DNA from: Acidimicrobiales bacterium
GTDB lineage: Bacteria; Actinomycetota; Acidimicrobiia; Acidimicrobiales; SZUA-35
Assembly (NCBI GenBank): GCA_047974625.1
Contig: JBKECK010000016.1
Coordinates: forward strand, 2,262 to 66,261
Length of the DNA: 64,000 bases
Direction: 5' to 3'
Under the pieces are notes generated by a model. That model saw only the letters and a program-made list of their open reading frames with translations. It ran no database searches and was not told the DNA's origin. Numbering within the stretch: position 1 is the first letter of the stretch; each line of letters starts with the position of its first letter. Both the position numbers and the translations under genes were made by a program. Shown piece after piece: positions 34,408 to 47,511 of the stretch.

Positions 34408-34603
34408 CGACCGACATATCGACGGCCGTCCGAAGCTGATTTAGATGATCGGTCCGGGTGGCCCAGGTCCAAATGACCTAGCCCGGGGCGCGACAACGCC
34501 GGACCAGCCCCTCAGGGGTCGATGGTCCGGCGAGCCGACGTCCAGGTAAACACGGGGGTGGCGGGGGCCCGGGATCCGGACGGCGCCGATCCTCCCGGGG
34601 CGG

Positions 34604-34855
34604 TCAGTCGGCCAAGACGTCGACGAGCCGACGGCCCTTGCGGAAGCCGAACTTGACCCGACCGGCCGCGGTGGCGAACAGGGTGTCGTCCCCGCCCCGG
34701 CCGACGTTGACGCCGGGGTGGAACTTGGTGCCCCGCTGGCGCACGATGATGGCGCCGGGGGTGAGCAGCTCGCCGTCGAAGGCCTTCACGCCGAGCCGTT
34801 TGCTTTCGGAGTCACGGCCGTTCCGGGTGGAACCGCCGCCCTTGGTCTTCGACAT
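34604..34855 (-). CDS. rpmA: 50S ribosomal protein L27
   Basis: [27 protein letters not shown]. Confidence 0.98.
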   Translation of the reverse strand: MSKTKGGGSTRNGRDSESKRLGVKAFDGELLTPGAIIVRQRGTKFHPGVNVGRGGDDTLFATAAGRVKFGFRKGRRLVDVLAD

Positions 34856-34859
34856 GTCG

Positions 34860-35168
34860 TCAGCCCCTGCTGATTCCGGTGATCTCGATGGTGGCGTACG
34901 TCTGACGGTGGCCGAACCGCCGGCGGTTGTTCGATTTCGACTTGTAGACGAAACCGTCGATCTTCGGGCCCTTGCTCTCCCCGAGCACCCGGGCCGACAC
35001 CGTCACCCCGGTCAGCTGGTCGGGGGTGGCGAGCACCTGATCATCGTCCACCAGGAGGACGGGCTGGAGCTCGATATCGGCTCCCTCCTCGCCCACGCGT
35101 TCGACCTGGAGGGTCTGGCCCTGTTCGACCCGGTACTGCTTGCCACCGGTGGCTACCACTGCGTACAT
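34860..35168 (-). CDS. rplU: 50S ribosomal protein L21
   Basis: [19 protein letters not shown]. Confidence 0.97.
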   Translation of the reverse strand: MYAVVATGGKQYRVEQGQTLQVERVGEEGADIELQPVLLVDDDQVLATPDQLTGVTVSARVLGESKGPKIDGFVYKSKSNNRRRFGHRQTYATIEITGISRG

Positions 35169-35240
35169 AGACGTGACAATCTACCGCCCGGTCGGGGCCG
35201 AACCACCCGGCCCGGCCCGGCGAATCGGGATGCGGCCGGT

Positions 35241-36959
<1,719 letters not shown>

Positions 36960-36974
36960 CGATCTGTTCCCTTC

Positions 36975-37751
36975 TCATGAGGCACGCGCCATGGCGTGCC
37001 CGGTCGAGGGGCCGGGCCGGCTCAACGGCTCGCACCGGGCCCCGTCGACGATCATCCATTGGTGAGTGCGACACACCCGTCCCTCGGCCGGCGAGGCCGG
37101 TCCGGTTGACGGGGCCGCTGTCTCGGCGGTGGCGCCCGGGAGCAGTTGCGCAAGCAGCTGGACCAGCTCGGAGGGGCGCACGGTGATCTGACCGGTGGCC
37201 AGACGGGCCGAAACCTCCACACCGTTGCTCGTCGGCCCCGTGATCTCGATGTCGAGAATGGCGGGGCGGACATCGGCGACGGCAGGTTTCCCCTTCCGGA
37301 CCCGCTCGAGCGGGAGCTCCCCGGCCGTCAAGGCGTGATCGACCGCGGTTCGGAGCGCCGCGACGGAAACGCCGAGCACCTCGATCCGCCAATCGCACGA
37401 TTCGACGGCCTGTTGCAGGGAAGGGGTGCCCGACGGCACTGCCACCACGGCCTCGACGGTCATCCCGTCGGGTAGGGCCGTGGTGAGGGCCCCGGGCAGG
37501 GACTCGAGGTCGACCTCCTGGTCGAGGTCGACGTCGAGGTACTCGGCTTCCGACTCGTGGGCCACCGTGAGGGCCAACCCGAAACTCAGCCTCGGCCGCG
37601 GGGAGAACCCGGCGGTGTAGGCCACGGGGAGTCGGAGCTTTCGCAGGGCCCGCTCGAAGATGCGGGCCACATCGCGATGGGACACGAACCGGATCCGACC
37701 GTGTTTGGTCCAGCGGATCCGGACGGTCTGGGCCGGGCCGGGGGCGTTCAC
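36975..37751 (-). CDS. Radical SAM-associated protein (DUF2344/TIGR03936-type)
   Basis: RFVSHRD, YTAGFSPRPRLSF, ESEAEY; GTGA overlap. Confidence 0.88.
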   Translation of the reverse strand: MNAPGPAQTVRIRWTKHGRIRFVSHRDVARIFERALRKLRLPVAYTAGFSPRPRLSFGLALTVAHESEAEYLDVDLDQEVDLESLPGALTTALPDGMTVEAVVAVPSGTPSLQQAVESCDWRIEVLGVSVAALRTAVDHALTAGELPLERVRKGKPAVADVRPAILDIEITGPTSNGVEVSARLATGQITVRPSELVQLLAQLLPGATAETAAPSTGPASPAEGRVCRTHQWMIVDGARCEPLSRPGPSTGHAMARAS

Positions 37752-39691
37752 GCCACCGGCTCCTTCGATCTGATTTGGACCGGCACCCAACCACCGGTGC
37801 CGAGGTCCTGGCCGGTGCCCTGGCTCCCGCCCGCCGGTGGGGTGGCCGAGGCCACCACGTGCTCGATGCCGTAGCCGGTGCAGGCTCCGCAGTCGTAGCA
37901 CGGCGTCCAGCGGCAGTCCTCGAGACCCACCTCGTCGAGGGCGTCCCGCCAGTCCTGCCACAGGAAGTCCTTGTGCAGCCCGGCCGACAGGTGGTCCCAG
38001 GGCAGGGTCTCCTCCTCGGTGCGGTGCCGGTGGGCCACGTCGTCGGGGTCGAGACCGTGGTCGGCCAGGGCCTGGAGCCACAGGTCAAGGTTGAAGTGCT
38101 CGGACCACTCCTGGAAGGTGCCGCCATTGCGCCACACCTGCTCGATGACGGGACCCATCCGACGGTCACCCCGGCTGGCCAGGCCTTCGACGAGGGTGGC
38201 CTTCGGGTCGTGCCATTTCAGCTGGACGCCCTTCATCTTCCGGGTGGCGTCCCGCAGCAGGCCGACCTTGCGCTGGAGCTCGGCGGTGGTGTTCTGGCCG
38301 AACCACTGGAACGGGGTAAACGGCTTCGGCACGAATCCGCCCACCGAGGCGGTGACACTGGCCCGCTTGTTGTGACGGCGGCCGATCTCGACACAGTTGG
38401 CGGCGAGCCGGGCGATACCGAGGGTGTCCTCGTCGGTCTCGGACGGCAACCCGATAAGGAAGTACAGCTTCACCCGCTGCCAGCCGTTGGCGTAGGCCGC
38501 CTCGACGGCGTCGTAGAGGTCCTCTTCCCGGATCAGCTTGTTGATGATCTGCCGCATCCGCCAGGTGCCGGCCTCAGGGGCAAAGGTGAGGCCGGAGCGA
38601 CGGGCCCGCTGCAGCTGGGCGGCGATACCCACCCCGAACGCATCGACCCGGAGACTGGGCAGCGACACCGACACCGTGGCGCCGCTGGCCTCGCTGTCGT
38701 CCATGATGTGGTTGACCACCGAGGTCACGTCGCTCAGGTCGGCGGTGGAAAGGGAGGTCAGGGTGACCTCGTCGTAGCCGGTCCGTTCCAGGCCCTCGGC
38801 CACCATGGTGCGGATCTGCTCCGCCGGGCGCTCCCGCACCGGGCGGGTGATCATCCCGGCCTGGCAGAACCGGCAGCCCCGGGTGCAGCCCCGGAACACC
38901 TCCACGTTGAGGCGGTCATGGACCACCTCGGTGAGCGGGGCGAGCTGCTGGCGGGGGTACGGCCAGTCGGCCAGGTCGGCGACGGTGCGTTTCTCCACCA
39001 CCGGTGGGGCGGCCACGCCCACCGGCCGGATCCCGGCCACGGCCGGACCGTCGTAGGTGACCTCGTAACGCGACGGCACGTAGACCGAGTCAATCCCGGC
39101 CAGGGCGTCCAGCACCGCGGCCCGGCCGCCTCCCGCCGCCCGGACGGCCGTGATGACGTCGGTGATCTCGCCGACCATCTCCTCGCCGTCTCCGAGGGCG
39201 ACCGCGTCGAGGAAGTCGGCCAGGGGTTCGGGGTTGTAGGTGCAATGGCCCCCGGCGATGACGAGGGGATGGCCCTCGCCCCGGTCGGCGGCCCGCACCG
39301 GGACGCCGGCCAGATCCACACAGTTGAGCAGGTTGGTGTAGGTCAGCTCGGCGGAGAGGTTGAACGCCAGCACGTCGAACGTGCCGGCGTCGGTGTGGTG
39401 CTCGACCGAGAACAGGGGGATGCCCTCGGCCCTCATCAGGGCTTCGAGGTCGGTCCAGGGGGCGTAGGCCCGGTCGGCGGTGGCGTCGGGCCGCTCGTTG
39501 ATGATCTCGTACAGGATCTGGAGACCCTGGTTGGGTAGGCCGATCTCGTAGGTGTCCGGATATACGAAACACCAGTTGACCAGGTCGGCCTGCGGGGGTT
39601 TAGCCTTGGCCCCGTCTTCACACCCGATGTAGCGGGCGGGCTTCTGAACCCGGGGCAACAATGGCTCGAGTCTCGACCATACCGACGTCAT
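37748..39691 (-). CDS. B12-binding radical SAM protein (TIGR03960-type)
   Basis: VQKPARYIG, YPDTYEIG, RGCTRGCRFC, PKPFTPFQW. Confidence 0.92.
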   Translation of the reverse strand: MTSVWSRLEPLLPRVQKPARYIGCEDGAKAKPPQADLVNWCFVYPDTYEIGLPNQGLQILYEIINERPDATADRAYAPWTDLEALMRAEGIPLFSVEHHTDAGTFDVLAFNLSAELTYTNLLNCVDLAGVPVRAADRGEGHPLVIAGGHCTYNPEPLADFLDAVALGDGEEMVGEITDVITAVRAAGGGRAAVLDALAGIDSVYVPSRYEVTYDGPAVAGIRPVGVAAPPVVEKRTVADLADWPYPRQQLAPLTEVVHDRLNVEVFRGCTRGCRFCQAGMITRPVRERPAEQIRTMVAEGLERTGYDEVTLTSLSTADLSDVTSVVNHIMDDSEASGATVSVSLPSLRVDAFGVGIAAQLQRARRSGLTFAPEAGTWRMRQIINKLIREEDLYDAVEAAYANGWQRVKLYFLIGLPSETDEDTLGIARLAANCVEIGRRHNKRASVTASVGGFVPKPFTPFQWFGQNTTAELQRKVGLLRDATRKMKGVQLKWHDPKATLVEGLASRGDRRMGPVIEQVWRNGGTFQEWSEHFNLDLWLQALADHGLDPDDVAHRHRTEEETLPWDHLSAGLHKDFLWQDWRDALDEVGLEDCRWTPCYDCGACTGYGIEHVVASATPPAGGSQGTGQDLGTGGWVPVQIRSKEPVA

Positions 39692-39785
39692 GTTGGGCGC
39701 CAGTCTATCGGAAGCGTCCAGGTCAACGGGCCAGTCGTCACGCGGCCGCCCCACAAGGGCCCAGGTCCGCCGCCGCCCGGGGCGT

Positions 39786-40196
39786 TCAGCCCAGGGCGGG
39801 GAAGAAGATGCCGATCTCGCGGGCGGCCGACTCCGGCGAGTCGGAGCCGTGGATCAGGTTCTCGGTCATCTCGGTGCCGAGATCGCCCCGGATGGTGCCC
39901 GGAGGGGCCTCGGCCGGGTTGGTCGGCCCCATCATCGTGCGGACCAGGGCCGGGGTACCTTCGGGTCCTTCGACGACGGCCAGGACCACTGGGCCCCGGG
40001 TCATGAACGCGATCAGGGAGGCGTAGAACGACTTCCCGACGTGCTCCTCGTAGTGCCGGGCCAGGGTGGCCTCATCCAGCGTGCGGAGCTCGGCGGCGAC
40101 CAGGGTGAGACCCTTGCGCTCGAACCGGCCGAGGATCTCGCCGACGTAGCCCCGTTCCACGGCGTCGGGCTTGCAGATGACGAAGGTGCGATTCAC
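39786..40196 (-). CDS. ndk: Nucleoside diphosphate kinase
   Basis: KPDAVERG, PGTIRGD, NLIHGSDS. Confidence 0.97.
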   Translation of the reverse strand: MNRTFVICKPDAVERGYVGEILGRFERKGLTLVAAELRTLDEATLARHYEEHVGKSFYASLIAFMTRGPVVLAVVEGPEGTPALVRTMMGPTNPAEAPPGTIRGDLGTEMTENLIHGSDSPESAAREIGIFFPALG

Positions 40197-40352
40197 CGGT
40201 CGGAGAATAGCGTCCCACCGACGCACCACGGCCCCGGACCACGGGGGTCGAGCCCGCGGTCGGGGTCACCCCGCGGCCCGGGCCGCCCGGAGGGGGACGG
40301 TGGTGGGCCGGCGACCGGGTCCCGGGCAGGCGTACCCCCGGCCGACGGGAGC

Positions 40353-40874
40353 TCAGTCGTAGCCGCGGGTGGTCGTCGTCTGGACCGTGGTGGCCGTGGT
40401 GGAGGAGGTCGCGGCCGCCGTGGTGGAGGTGGTGGCTGGGGCGGAGGTAGCGGGAGCCGAGGTGGTGGAGGTGGTGCTCTCGGTGGTCGACGGGTCGGTG
40501 GTGGGCGCCCCGACCGAGGTGGTGGCCGGCGCGGACGTGGTTGGTGGCTCCGTGGTGGAGCTGGTCGAAACCGTCGTCGGCGCGGCCGTGGTCGAGGTGG
40601 GCGCGGGAGTGGACGTCGTGGTCGTGAGCAGGGGGTCCTTGGTCAGGTCCGGGTCGAGGTCGTAGGTGAACTCGCGGGGTTCGCCGACCCGGCTCCCGGT
40701 GTCGTTCAGGTACTCACCCGAACGGTTGCTGAGGAAGGTGATGCCGCTCAGGACCGCGCCGAGGAGCAGACTGCCCAGGAGGGCGTACTCCGGTAGGGCC
40801 GCTCCCCGACTGGTGTTGCGGCCCCCGAAACCGACCGTCGACCGGTGAGCCCGTGGCTCTGCTTGTCCCGTCAT
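40353..40874 (-). CDS. Flp-type prepilin with Thr-rich tail
   Basis: SRG|AALPEYALL prepilin motif, TM segment, long T/S/A-rich C-terminus. Confidence 0.7.
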   Translation of the reverse strand: MTGQAEPRAHRSTVGFGGRNTSRGAALPEYALLGSLLLGAVLSGITFLSNRSGEYLNDTGSRVGEPREFTYDLDPDLTKDPLLTTTTSTPAPTSTTAAPTTVSTSSTTEPPTTSAPATTSVGAPTTDPSTTESTTSTTSAPATSAPATTSTTAAATSSTTATTVQTTTTRGYD

Positions 40875-40983
40875 CTCCAGGCAATCGACGCCGGATTCTG
40901 ACCAGTTGAGCAGGTTGATCCGTCCGGATCGGATTCCCGGTCGATCGGCCCAACCGACCGCGGCAACCTTGCCCTTCGGCCGG

Positions 40984-41535
40984 TCACCCGGCCTTCCCCT
41001 TGCCCTTACCGGAGTTGCCCTTACCGGAGTTGCCCTTACCGGAGTTGCCGTTGGTGACGGCCGGCACCGGGACCGAGGGGGTAGGGGCCGTCGACGCCGT
41101 CGACGTGGCACAGGCGGCGGCCTGGGAATTGGCGTTGGCGTTCGCCCCGGCGTTGGCGTTGGCGCTGCCGGCGTTACTCCGGCATTCCCCGGTGGTCGTG
41201 GTGGTCGCCGGGGCCAGGAAGTCGTCGGTGGTGTACGGGCCCACCGTGGTCTCACCGCCCTCGGTAGTGCTGGTGGTCGTGGGGATGGTCGAGGCGAGGG
41301 CGGCAGTGGTGGGCACGGTCAGGGAGCGGGGCTGCCCGATGGTGTCGGCGTCGGCGGCCAGGAACTCACCGGCGCCCGCCTGGAGGGAGTCGACGGTGGC
41401 GAACACCGAGGCGAGGGCCAGGGCTAGGATCAGGCCGTATTCGATGAGGGTGGTCCCCCGCTCGTGGGATCGGGGGTGGTCGGGATCATCGGGGGACGAC
41501 GATCCGCGCCAACGGGATGGGCATGACGGGCGCAT
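40984..41535 (-). CDS. Flp-type prepilin with low-complexity tail
   Basis: ERG|TTLIEYGLILAL; T-rich, (NA)n and (NSGKG)n repeats (15-bp DNA tandem near 41001-41050); start uncertain. Confidence 0.7.
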   Translation of the reverse strand: MRPSCPSRWRGSSSPDDPDHPRSHERGTTLIEYGLILALALASVFATVDSLQAGAGEFLAADADTIGQPRSLTVPTTAALASTIPTTTSTTEGGETTVGPYTTDDFLAPATTTTTGECRSNAGSANANAGANANANSQAAACATSTASTAPTPSVPVPAVTNGNSGKGNSGKGNSGKGKGKAG

Positions 41536-41687
41536 ACTATGACCAATCGGGCTACCACCGGACGACCTTGACCCGGTTGGCCCGCCCGGCCCGGGTACGG
41601 TGCCGGCGGCCGCAGATGCCGATCGGCCCATCCACCACCACCCGCCGGCGGGACCGGCAGTGATGCTCGACCTCGGCCGGCCCCGGT

Positions 41688-43028
41688 TCAGTCCGGCGGC
41701 GGGCCGAGGAGGGCCCGGGCGGCGGGCCGGGCGTCCCCCACCACGTACAGGCTGCCGCTGACCAGGATGAGGTCGTCGTCGGCGGTGACGGCCAGAGCCC
41801 GGCGGAGGGCCTCGGCCGGATCAGGCACGACCTCGGCGGAGAGCCCCATGGACCGGGCCGCGGCGGCCACCTCGGCGGCCGGTTGGGCCCGCGACCAGTT
41901 GGGCTGGCAGCAGATGATGGCGTCGAAGTCGGCGGCGTCGAAGGCCTCGAGCATCTCCCGGGGGTCCTTGCCGGTGAGCATCCCCACCACCAGGACCCAC
42001 GAGCCCAGGCGGGCGAAGGTCTCGTCCAGGGTGCCCTTGGCGGCCTGGGCCCCGGGCGGGTTGTGGGCCCCGTCGAGGATAACGATCGGGCTCTGGTTGA
42101 CGACCTCGAACCGGGCCGGGAGGTCGACGGTGGTGAGGGCGAACTCCGCCTGTTCCTGGGGGGAGGGTCGCCCGAAGAAGGCCTCCACGGCGACCAGGGC
42201 GGTGGCCAGGTTGTCGCCCTGGTGGGCGCCGTGGAAGGGCAGGAACAGCTCGTCGTAGACGGCGTCGGGCGTGCGGATGTCGAGCAGTCGACCGCCCACG
42301 GCGAGCTCGTTGCGCACGACCTCGAAGTCACGGTCGGCCATCCAGACCTCTCGCGGCTGTTCCGCGGTGAAGATCGGCAGCAGGTCCCCCATGGGGCTGC
42401 CGAGCACGAGCCGGGAGTCCGGGTGGATGATGCCGGCCTTCTCGCGGGCCACCGTCTCGGCCCACCCCTCGGCCCCGTCGGTGTGGTCCTTGCCAATATT
42501 GGTGACCACGGCGACCTCGGCGTCGATGACGTTGGTGGCGTCGTACCGGCCGAGCATGCCGACCTCGACGACGGCGACGTCGACGGCGAGCTCGGCGAAC
42601 CAGACCAGAGCCGCGGTGGTGAGGATCTCGAACCGGCTGGGACGATGCTCGACCAGCGGCTCGATCCCGGCGATGAGGCTCATGACCCGGGCGAAGTCGG
42701 CGTCACTGATCGGCTCACCAGCCCAGCTCAGGCGCTCGTTGATGCGTTCGATGTCCGGGCTGGTGTAGGTGCCCACCGACAGGTCGGTCGCGGCCACGAG
42801 GGCGGTGACGAAGCGGGCCGTGGAGCCCTTGCCGTTGGTGCCGGTGATGTGGAACTTACGGTAGGCGTCCTGGGGGTTGCCGAGGGCGGCGAGCAGCTCC
42901 CGCATCGGCTCGAGGGACAGGCCGTCGGTGGCCCCAGCCACGGGAAGGCCCGGCCCGGGACGTCCCCGCCGGGTACCGTCCCGGCTGGTGTGGTCGTCGA
43001 GATAGGCCAAGGCCTGCTTCATGTCCAT
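41688..43028 (-). CDS. folC: Folylpolyglutamate/dihydrofolate synthase
   Basis: HITGTNGKGS, YTSP, EVGMLGRYDATNV, LDGAHNP, SGSLYVVG. Confidence 0.95.
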   Translation of the reverse strand: MDMKQALAYLDDHTSRDGTRRGRPGPGLPVAGATDGLSLEPMRELLAALGNPQDAYRKFHITGTNGKGSTARFVTALVAATDLSVGTYTSPDIERINERLSWAGEPISDADFARVMSLIAGIEPLVEHRPSRFEILTTAALVWFAELAVDVAVVEVGMLGRYDATNVIDAEVAVVTNIGKDHTDGAEGWAETVAREKAGIIHPDSRLVLGSPMGDLLPIFTAEQPREVWMADRDFEVVRNELAVGGRLLDIRTPDAVYDELFLPFHGAHQGDNLATALVAVEAFFGRPSPQEQAEFALTTVDLPARFEVVNQSPIVILDGAHNPPGAQAAKGTLDETFARLGSWVLVVGMLTGKDPREMLEAFDAADFDAIICCQPNWSRAQPAAEVAAAARSMGLSAEVVPDPAEALRRALAVTADDDLILVSGSLYVVGDARPAARALLGPPPD

Positions 43029-43087
43029 GGCGACCTCACCTGGGGGACGGGTGACGGGTGCGGCGGATGCGACCGGGGCGACGGGAC

Positions 43088-44356
43088 CTACGAGGCGGCC
43101 CGACGGGACCGGTCGCCGGTCTCGTCCCGGGGAATAAGGGTGGGGTTGACCCGATCGTTGACCACGTCGGCGTCGATCACGCAGCGGCCGACGTCCTCCC
43201 GGCTGGGAAGGTCGTACATGACGTCGAGTAGGACCTCTTCGAGGATGGCCCGCAGGCCTCGGGCGCCGGTGCCCCGGAGCAGGGCCTGGTCGGCGACGGC
43301 TTCGAGGGCATCGTCGGTGAACTCGAGTTCGACGTCCTCCATGTCGAAGAACTTGCGGTACTGCTTGGTGAGCGCGTTCTTGGGCTCCACCAGGATCCGC
43401 ACCAGAGCGTCCTTGGTGAGGTTGGTGACGGTGCCCAGCACCGGCAGCCGCCCGACGAACTCGGGGATCAGGCCGAACTTGAGAAGGTCCTCGGGCCGGA
43501 CCTGGGCGTAGAGGTCGTCGGCCGCCCGTTCGTTGCTCGTGGGCACGTCGGCCCGGAACCCGACGGAACGGGCCCCGATCCGGCGCTCGATGATTGTCTC
43601 GATCCCGGCGAAGGCACCGCCACAGATGAACAGGATGTTCGAGGTGTCGATCTGGATGAAGTCCTGGTGGGGGTGCTTACGGCCGCCCTGGGGGGGCACG
43701 GAGGCCACGGTGCCCTCGAGGATCTTCAGGAGGGCCTGCTGGACCCCTTCGCCGGACACGTCCCGGGTGATCGACGGGTTCTCGCTCTTGCGGGCGATCT
43801 TGTCGATCTCGTCGAGGTAGATGATGCCGGTCTCGGCCCGCTTGACGTCGAAATCGGCGGCCTGGATCAGCTTCAGCAGGATGTTCTCGACGTCTTCGCC
43901 CACGTAGCCGGCCTCGGTGAGGGCGGTTGCGTCGGCGATGGCGAACGGGACGTTCAACATCCGGGCCAGGGTCTGGGCCAGGAGGGTCTTGCCGCAGCCC
44001 GTGGGACCCATGAGCAGGATGTTGGACTTGGCCAGCTCGATGTCGGTACCGGTGTGGGCCCCGTACTGGATCCGCTTGTAGTGGTTGTAGACCGCCACCG
44101 CCAGGATCTTCTTGGCCGCTTCCTGACCGACGATGTAGTCGTCGAGGAACTCGCAGATCTCGCGGGGCTTGAGCAGCTCCTCGAACGAGACGTCGGTGCC
44201 GTCGGCCAGCTCCTCCTCGATGATCTCGTTACAAAGCTCGATGCACTCGTCGCAGATGTACACCCCTGGACCCGCGATGAGCTTCTTGACCTGCTTCTGT
44301 GACTTCCCGCAGAACGAGCATTTGAGCAGTTCCCCGCCTTCACCGAATTTGGCCAT
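43088..44356 (-). CDS. clpX: ATP-dependent Clp protease ATPase subunit
   Basis: CSFCGK...[26 protein letters not shown]. Confidence 0.98.
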   Translation of the reverse strand: MAKFGEGGELLKCSFCGKSQKQVKKLIAGPGVYICDECIELCNEIIEEELADGTDVSFEELLKPREICEFLDDYIVGQEAAKKILAVAVYNHYKRIQYGAHTGTDIELAKSNILLMGPTGCGKTLLAQTLARMLNVPFAIADATALTEAGYVGEDVENILLKLIQAADFDVKRAETGIIYLDEIDKIARKSENPSITRDVSGEGVQQALLKILEGTVASVPPQGGRKHPHQDFIQIDTSNILFICGGAFAGIETIIERRIGARSVGFRADVPTSNERAADDLYAQVRPEDLLKFGLIPEFVGRLPVLGTVTNLTKDALVRILVEPKNALTKQYRKFFDMEDVELEFTDDALEAVADQALLRGTGARGLRAILEEVLLDVMYDLPSREDVGRCVIDADVVNDRVNPTLIPRDETGDRSRRAAS

Positions 44357-44373
44357 GGCGTCTCCTCTACCCC

Positions 44374-45021
44374 CTACGATCCCACGGCCCGGATCGGCCC
44401 GCTCGAGTCCGCGCTGTTGCGCTGGTACAGAATCTCGTCGACGATCCCGTATTCTCTCGCCTCCTCGGCCGTCATGACGAAGTCACGGTCGGTGTCGGTG
44501 GCGATCTTCTCGATCGGCTGATTGGTGTGGTTGGCCAGGATCTGTTCCAGGGCCAGCTTCAGACGATCGATCTCCTTGGCCGCGATCTCCAGATCGGACA
44601 CCTGCCCCTGGGCCCCGGTGTAGGGCTGGTGGAGCAGGATCCGGGAGTTAGGCAGGGCTAGGCGCTTGCCCGCCGTGCCCGCGGCCAGCAGGATCGCCGC
44701 CGCCGAGGCGGCCTGGCCATAGCAGATCGTGGCCACGTCGGGCCGGATGAACTGCATCGTGTCGTAGATGGCGAACATGGCGTTGATGTCGCCACCCGGG
44801 GAGTTGATGTAGAGCGAGATGTCCCGGTCGGGGTTCTCGGACTCGAGGTGGATCATCTGGGCGCACACGACATTGGCCACGCCATCGTCGATCGGGGTGC
44901 CCATGAAGATGATGTTGTCCCGCAACAGCCGGGAGTAGATGTCGGAACCCCGTTCACCCCGGCTGGTGGTCTCGATGACGTTGGGGATCACGTAGTTCGC
45001 CACGGCGGCGTCGTGTGTCAC
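44374..45021 (-). CDS. clpP: Clp protease proteolytic subunit
   Basis: [29 protein letters not shown]. Confidence 0.96.
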   Translation of the reverse strand: MTHDAAVANYVIPNVIETTSRGERGSDIYSRLLRDNIIFMGTPIDDGVANVVCAQMIHLESENPDRDISLYINSPGGDINAMFAIYDTMQFIRPDVATICYGQAASAAAILLAAGTAGKRLALPNSRILLHQPYTGAQGQVSDLEIAAKEIDRLKLALEQILANHTNQPIEKIATDTDRDFVMTAEEAREYGIVDEILYQRNSADSSGPIRAVGS

Positions 45022-46367
45022 TCGTCGTCCTTCCCGGTTTCGTCCTCGGATGGCAGTTCTAGCGCATCGGCGGGCACCGGTTGGCCATCCTCGTCCACAA
45101 GATTCACTCGTTCTGTGACCCATTCAAGGGCCTTCGCCTTCAGTAGATCAGCCCGGAGCGCCGGGAGCCGACCCGCCTGACGGAAATCACCCATCAGCTC
45201 ATCCACCGACCGGCCGACCTGGCCGGAGATCTCCTCGAACTCGTTGGCCACGTCCTCGTCGACGATCTGCATGCCCTCGGCCTCGGCGATGGCCCGCAGG
45301 GCCAGATCGACCCGGGCCGACACCTCGGCCCCGGCCCGCAGCTCACCGGCGAACTGCTCCTGGGTCTGACCGGTGATCTGGAGGAACGTGTTGAGATCGA
45401 GGCCCTGGCTCTGAAGCCGGAGGGCCATGTCCTCGGCCCGGGTCTCGACCTCGCTGTCGACCATGGCCGGCGGTACGTCGTCGTCGTCGACCAGGGCGGC
45501 CAGGGCCTCGGCGATCCGGTTCTGACGGGCCTGGCGGGCCTGATCCCGGCGGCTGCCCTCCAGCCGCTCCCGGGTACTGGCCCGGAGCTCGGCCACGGTG
45601 TCGAACTCGGTGTCCTCGGCCACCCAGGCGTCGGTGAGGTCCGGCAGGACCTGGGCCTGCACCGAGGTGACGGTGATCGAGAACTGAAGCGGTTCATCGA
45701 CCTCATCGTCGGGATAATCGGCCTCGAAACTGAGCTCGTCGCCGGCAGACACCCCGGCGAGCTGTTCGTCGAGTTCGGGAACCACGGCCCCGGAGCCGAC
45801 CTCGTAGCTGTAACCGTCGGCGGTGAGGCCGGCGACCTCGTCACCGTCGTGGATGGTCTCGATGTCGATAACCACGGTGTCGCCCTCGGCAGAGGGCCGA
45901 TCGACGGTCTCCAGGGTGCTGGAGTTGCGACGGAGACGGTCCACCGCGGCGTCGACGTCGGCCTCGGCCACCGCCGGATCCGGCACCTCGATCTCCAGGC
46001 CGTCGTACCCCTCCACCGTGATGGCGGGACGGATTTCCACCACCGCGTCGAAGCTGACCGGACCGGACTCCTCACCGTTGGTGATGTCGATCTCGGGGGG
46101 AGCGATGACGTCGACCTCGTGCTCCCGGACGGCGTCGGAGTAGTAGCCGGGCAGGGCTTCGCGGAAGGCCTCCGTGCGAGCGTAGGACTGGCCGATCCGG
46201 GCCTCGAGCACCTTGCGGGGAGCCTTGCCGGGGCGGAACCCGGGGAGCTTGACCTCGCGGGCCAATCGTCGGAAGGCGGCATCGAGATCCTTCTCGAACT
46301 CCGCCTCCTCGATGTCGACGACGACCTTGACCTTGTTGCCCTCGAGGGCCTCCACAGTGGACTTCAC
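45018..46367 (-). CDS. tig: Trigger factor
   Basis: [10 protein letters not shown] signature; upstream of clpP. Confidence 0.95.
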   Translation of the reverse strand: MKSTVEALEGNKVKVVVDIEEAEFEKDLDAAFRRLAREVKLPGFRPGKAPRKVLEARIGQSYARTEAFREALPGYYSDAVREHEVDVIAPPEIDITNGEESGPVSFDAVVEIRPAITVEGYDGLEIEVPDPAVAEADVDAAVDRLRRNSSTLETVDRPSAEGDTVVIDIETIHDGDEVAGLTADGYSYEVGSGAVVPELDEQLAGVSAGDELSFEADYPDDEVDEPLQFSITVTSVQAQVLPDLTDAWVAEDTEFDTVAELRASTRERLEGSRRDQARQARQNRIAEALAALVDDDDVPPAMVDSEVETRAEDMALRLQSQGLDLNTFLQITGQTQEQFAGELRAGAEVSARVDLALRAIAEAEGMQIVDEDVANEFEEISGQVGRSVDELMGDFRQAGRLPALRADLLKAKALEWVTERVNLVDEDGQPVPADALELPSEDETGKDDE

Positions 46368-46446
46368 CTCATGGAGTGTACAGAGGAGGTATGACACCCT
46401 GCGGGGCCGCAGGCGTCCGTCGTGGCGGAGGCGTAAGTTGTCGGGC

Positions 46447-47301
46447 ATGAACGCCCGACTCCTGCTGGTGGCCGACAGCCACCTCGCTCCCGGCAACACC
46501 CTGGCCTCCGACAACTGGGCGGCGATCACGGCCCACGTGGCCGCCAGCCGGCCCGACACCGTGGTCCACCTCGGGGATCTGACCGTGGACGGGGCCGGCG
46601 ACCCGTCACAGCTCACCGCTGCCCTTCCCCACCTCGAGACGTTGGCGGCCCCGTGGCGGATCGTGCCCGGCAATCACGACATCGGCGACAATCCGGTGGG
46701 CGGGGCCGACCACAGCGTGGTCTCCCCCGAACGTCTCGCCGCCTGGAGTGACACGTTCGGCTCCGACCGGTGGCGGCTCGACTACGACGGCTGGACCATC
46801 CTGGCCCTCAACGCCCAGCTGCTGGACTCGGGTCTCGACGCCGAAGCCGATCAGTGGGCCTGGTTGGACGACGAACTGGCCGGGCTGGACCGGGGCCAGG
46901 GGCTCATGCTGGCCCTTCACAAACCCCTGCTCGCCCCCGCCGAGGAGCGGGAGAACGCTCCCGTCTACCGGTTCGTCCCGGCCGGCACCGCCGATCGGCT
47001 GCTGGGCATCCTGCGGGAGTTCGCCCTGGCCGCGGTGATCAGCGGGCACGTCCACCAGGCCCGGACCCTGGACATGGACGGGATCCGCCACATCTGGTGC
47101 CCCACCAGCTGGGCCACCCTCGGGGCCGGCCAACCCAGCTTCGGGTTCAAGCTCACCGGGGCCGTGTCGGTCGACCTCGAACCCGGCCGGCCACCCACGG
47201 CCGATCTGGTGGTGCCCGACGGCGTCGGCCAGGCCACCATCGGCGAGACCACCCCCAACCCCTACCAGGGGCATCCCGCATTCGCCCGGCCCGCCGACTG
47301 A
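46447..47301 (+). CDS. Calcineurin-like metallophosphoesterase
   Basis: DSH, GD, PGNHD, H, GHVH motifs. Confidence 0.88.
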   Translation: MNARLLLVADSHLAPGNTLASDNWAAITAHVAASRPDTVVHLGDLTVDGAGDPSQLTAALPHLETLAAPWRIVPGNHDIGDNPVGGADHSVVSPERLAAWSDTFGSDRWRLDYDGWTILALNAQLLDSGLDAEADQWAWLDDELAGLDRGQGLMLALHKPLLAPAEERENAPVYRFVPAGTADRLLGILREFALAAVISGHVHQARTLDMDGIRHIWCPTSWATLGAGQPSFGFKLTGAVSVDLEPGRPPTADLVVPDGVGQATIGETTPNPYQGHPAFARPAD

Positions 47302-47365
47302 GCCGACGGGCAAGGGCGAATCCGCCACCACCGCCGATCAGCGAGCGGTAGAGTGACGGCCAGAC

Positions 47366-47443
47366 CGGGATGTGGCGCAGTTTGGCTAGCGCACCTGCTT
47401 TGGGAGCAGGGGGTCGGGAGTTCAAATCTCCCCATCCCGACCA
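47366..47443 (+). tRNA. tRNA-Pro(TGG)
   Basis: CGGGATGTGGCGCAGTTTGGCTAGCGCACCTGCTTTGGGAGCAGGGGGTCGGGAGTTCAAATCTCCCCATCCCGACCA. Confidence 0.97.
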
Positions 47444-47452
47444 CTACTGGAG
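47399..47452 (+). repeat. attL: 54-bp core overlapping the tRNA-Pro 3' half
   Basis: Identical to 58594-58647. Confidence 0.95.
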
Positions 47453-47490
47453 CGGAATCCGGGGGGATCCGCTTGGGGGACACGGGGTGC

Positions 47491-47511
47491 TGGTAGCCAT
47501 TTTGGTAGCCA
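47491..47511 (+). promoter_or_regulatory. Putative integrase arm-type sites (TGGTAGCCA x2)
   Basis: Two 9-mers 12 bp apart; matching pair near attR. Confidence 0.55.
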
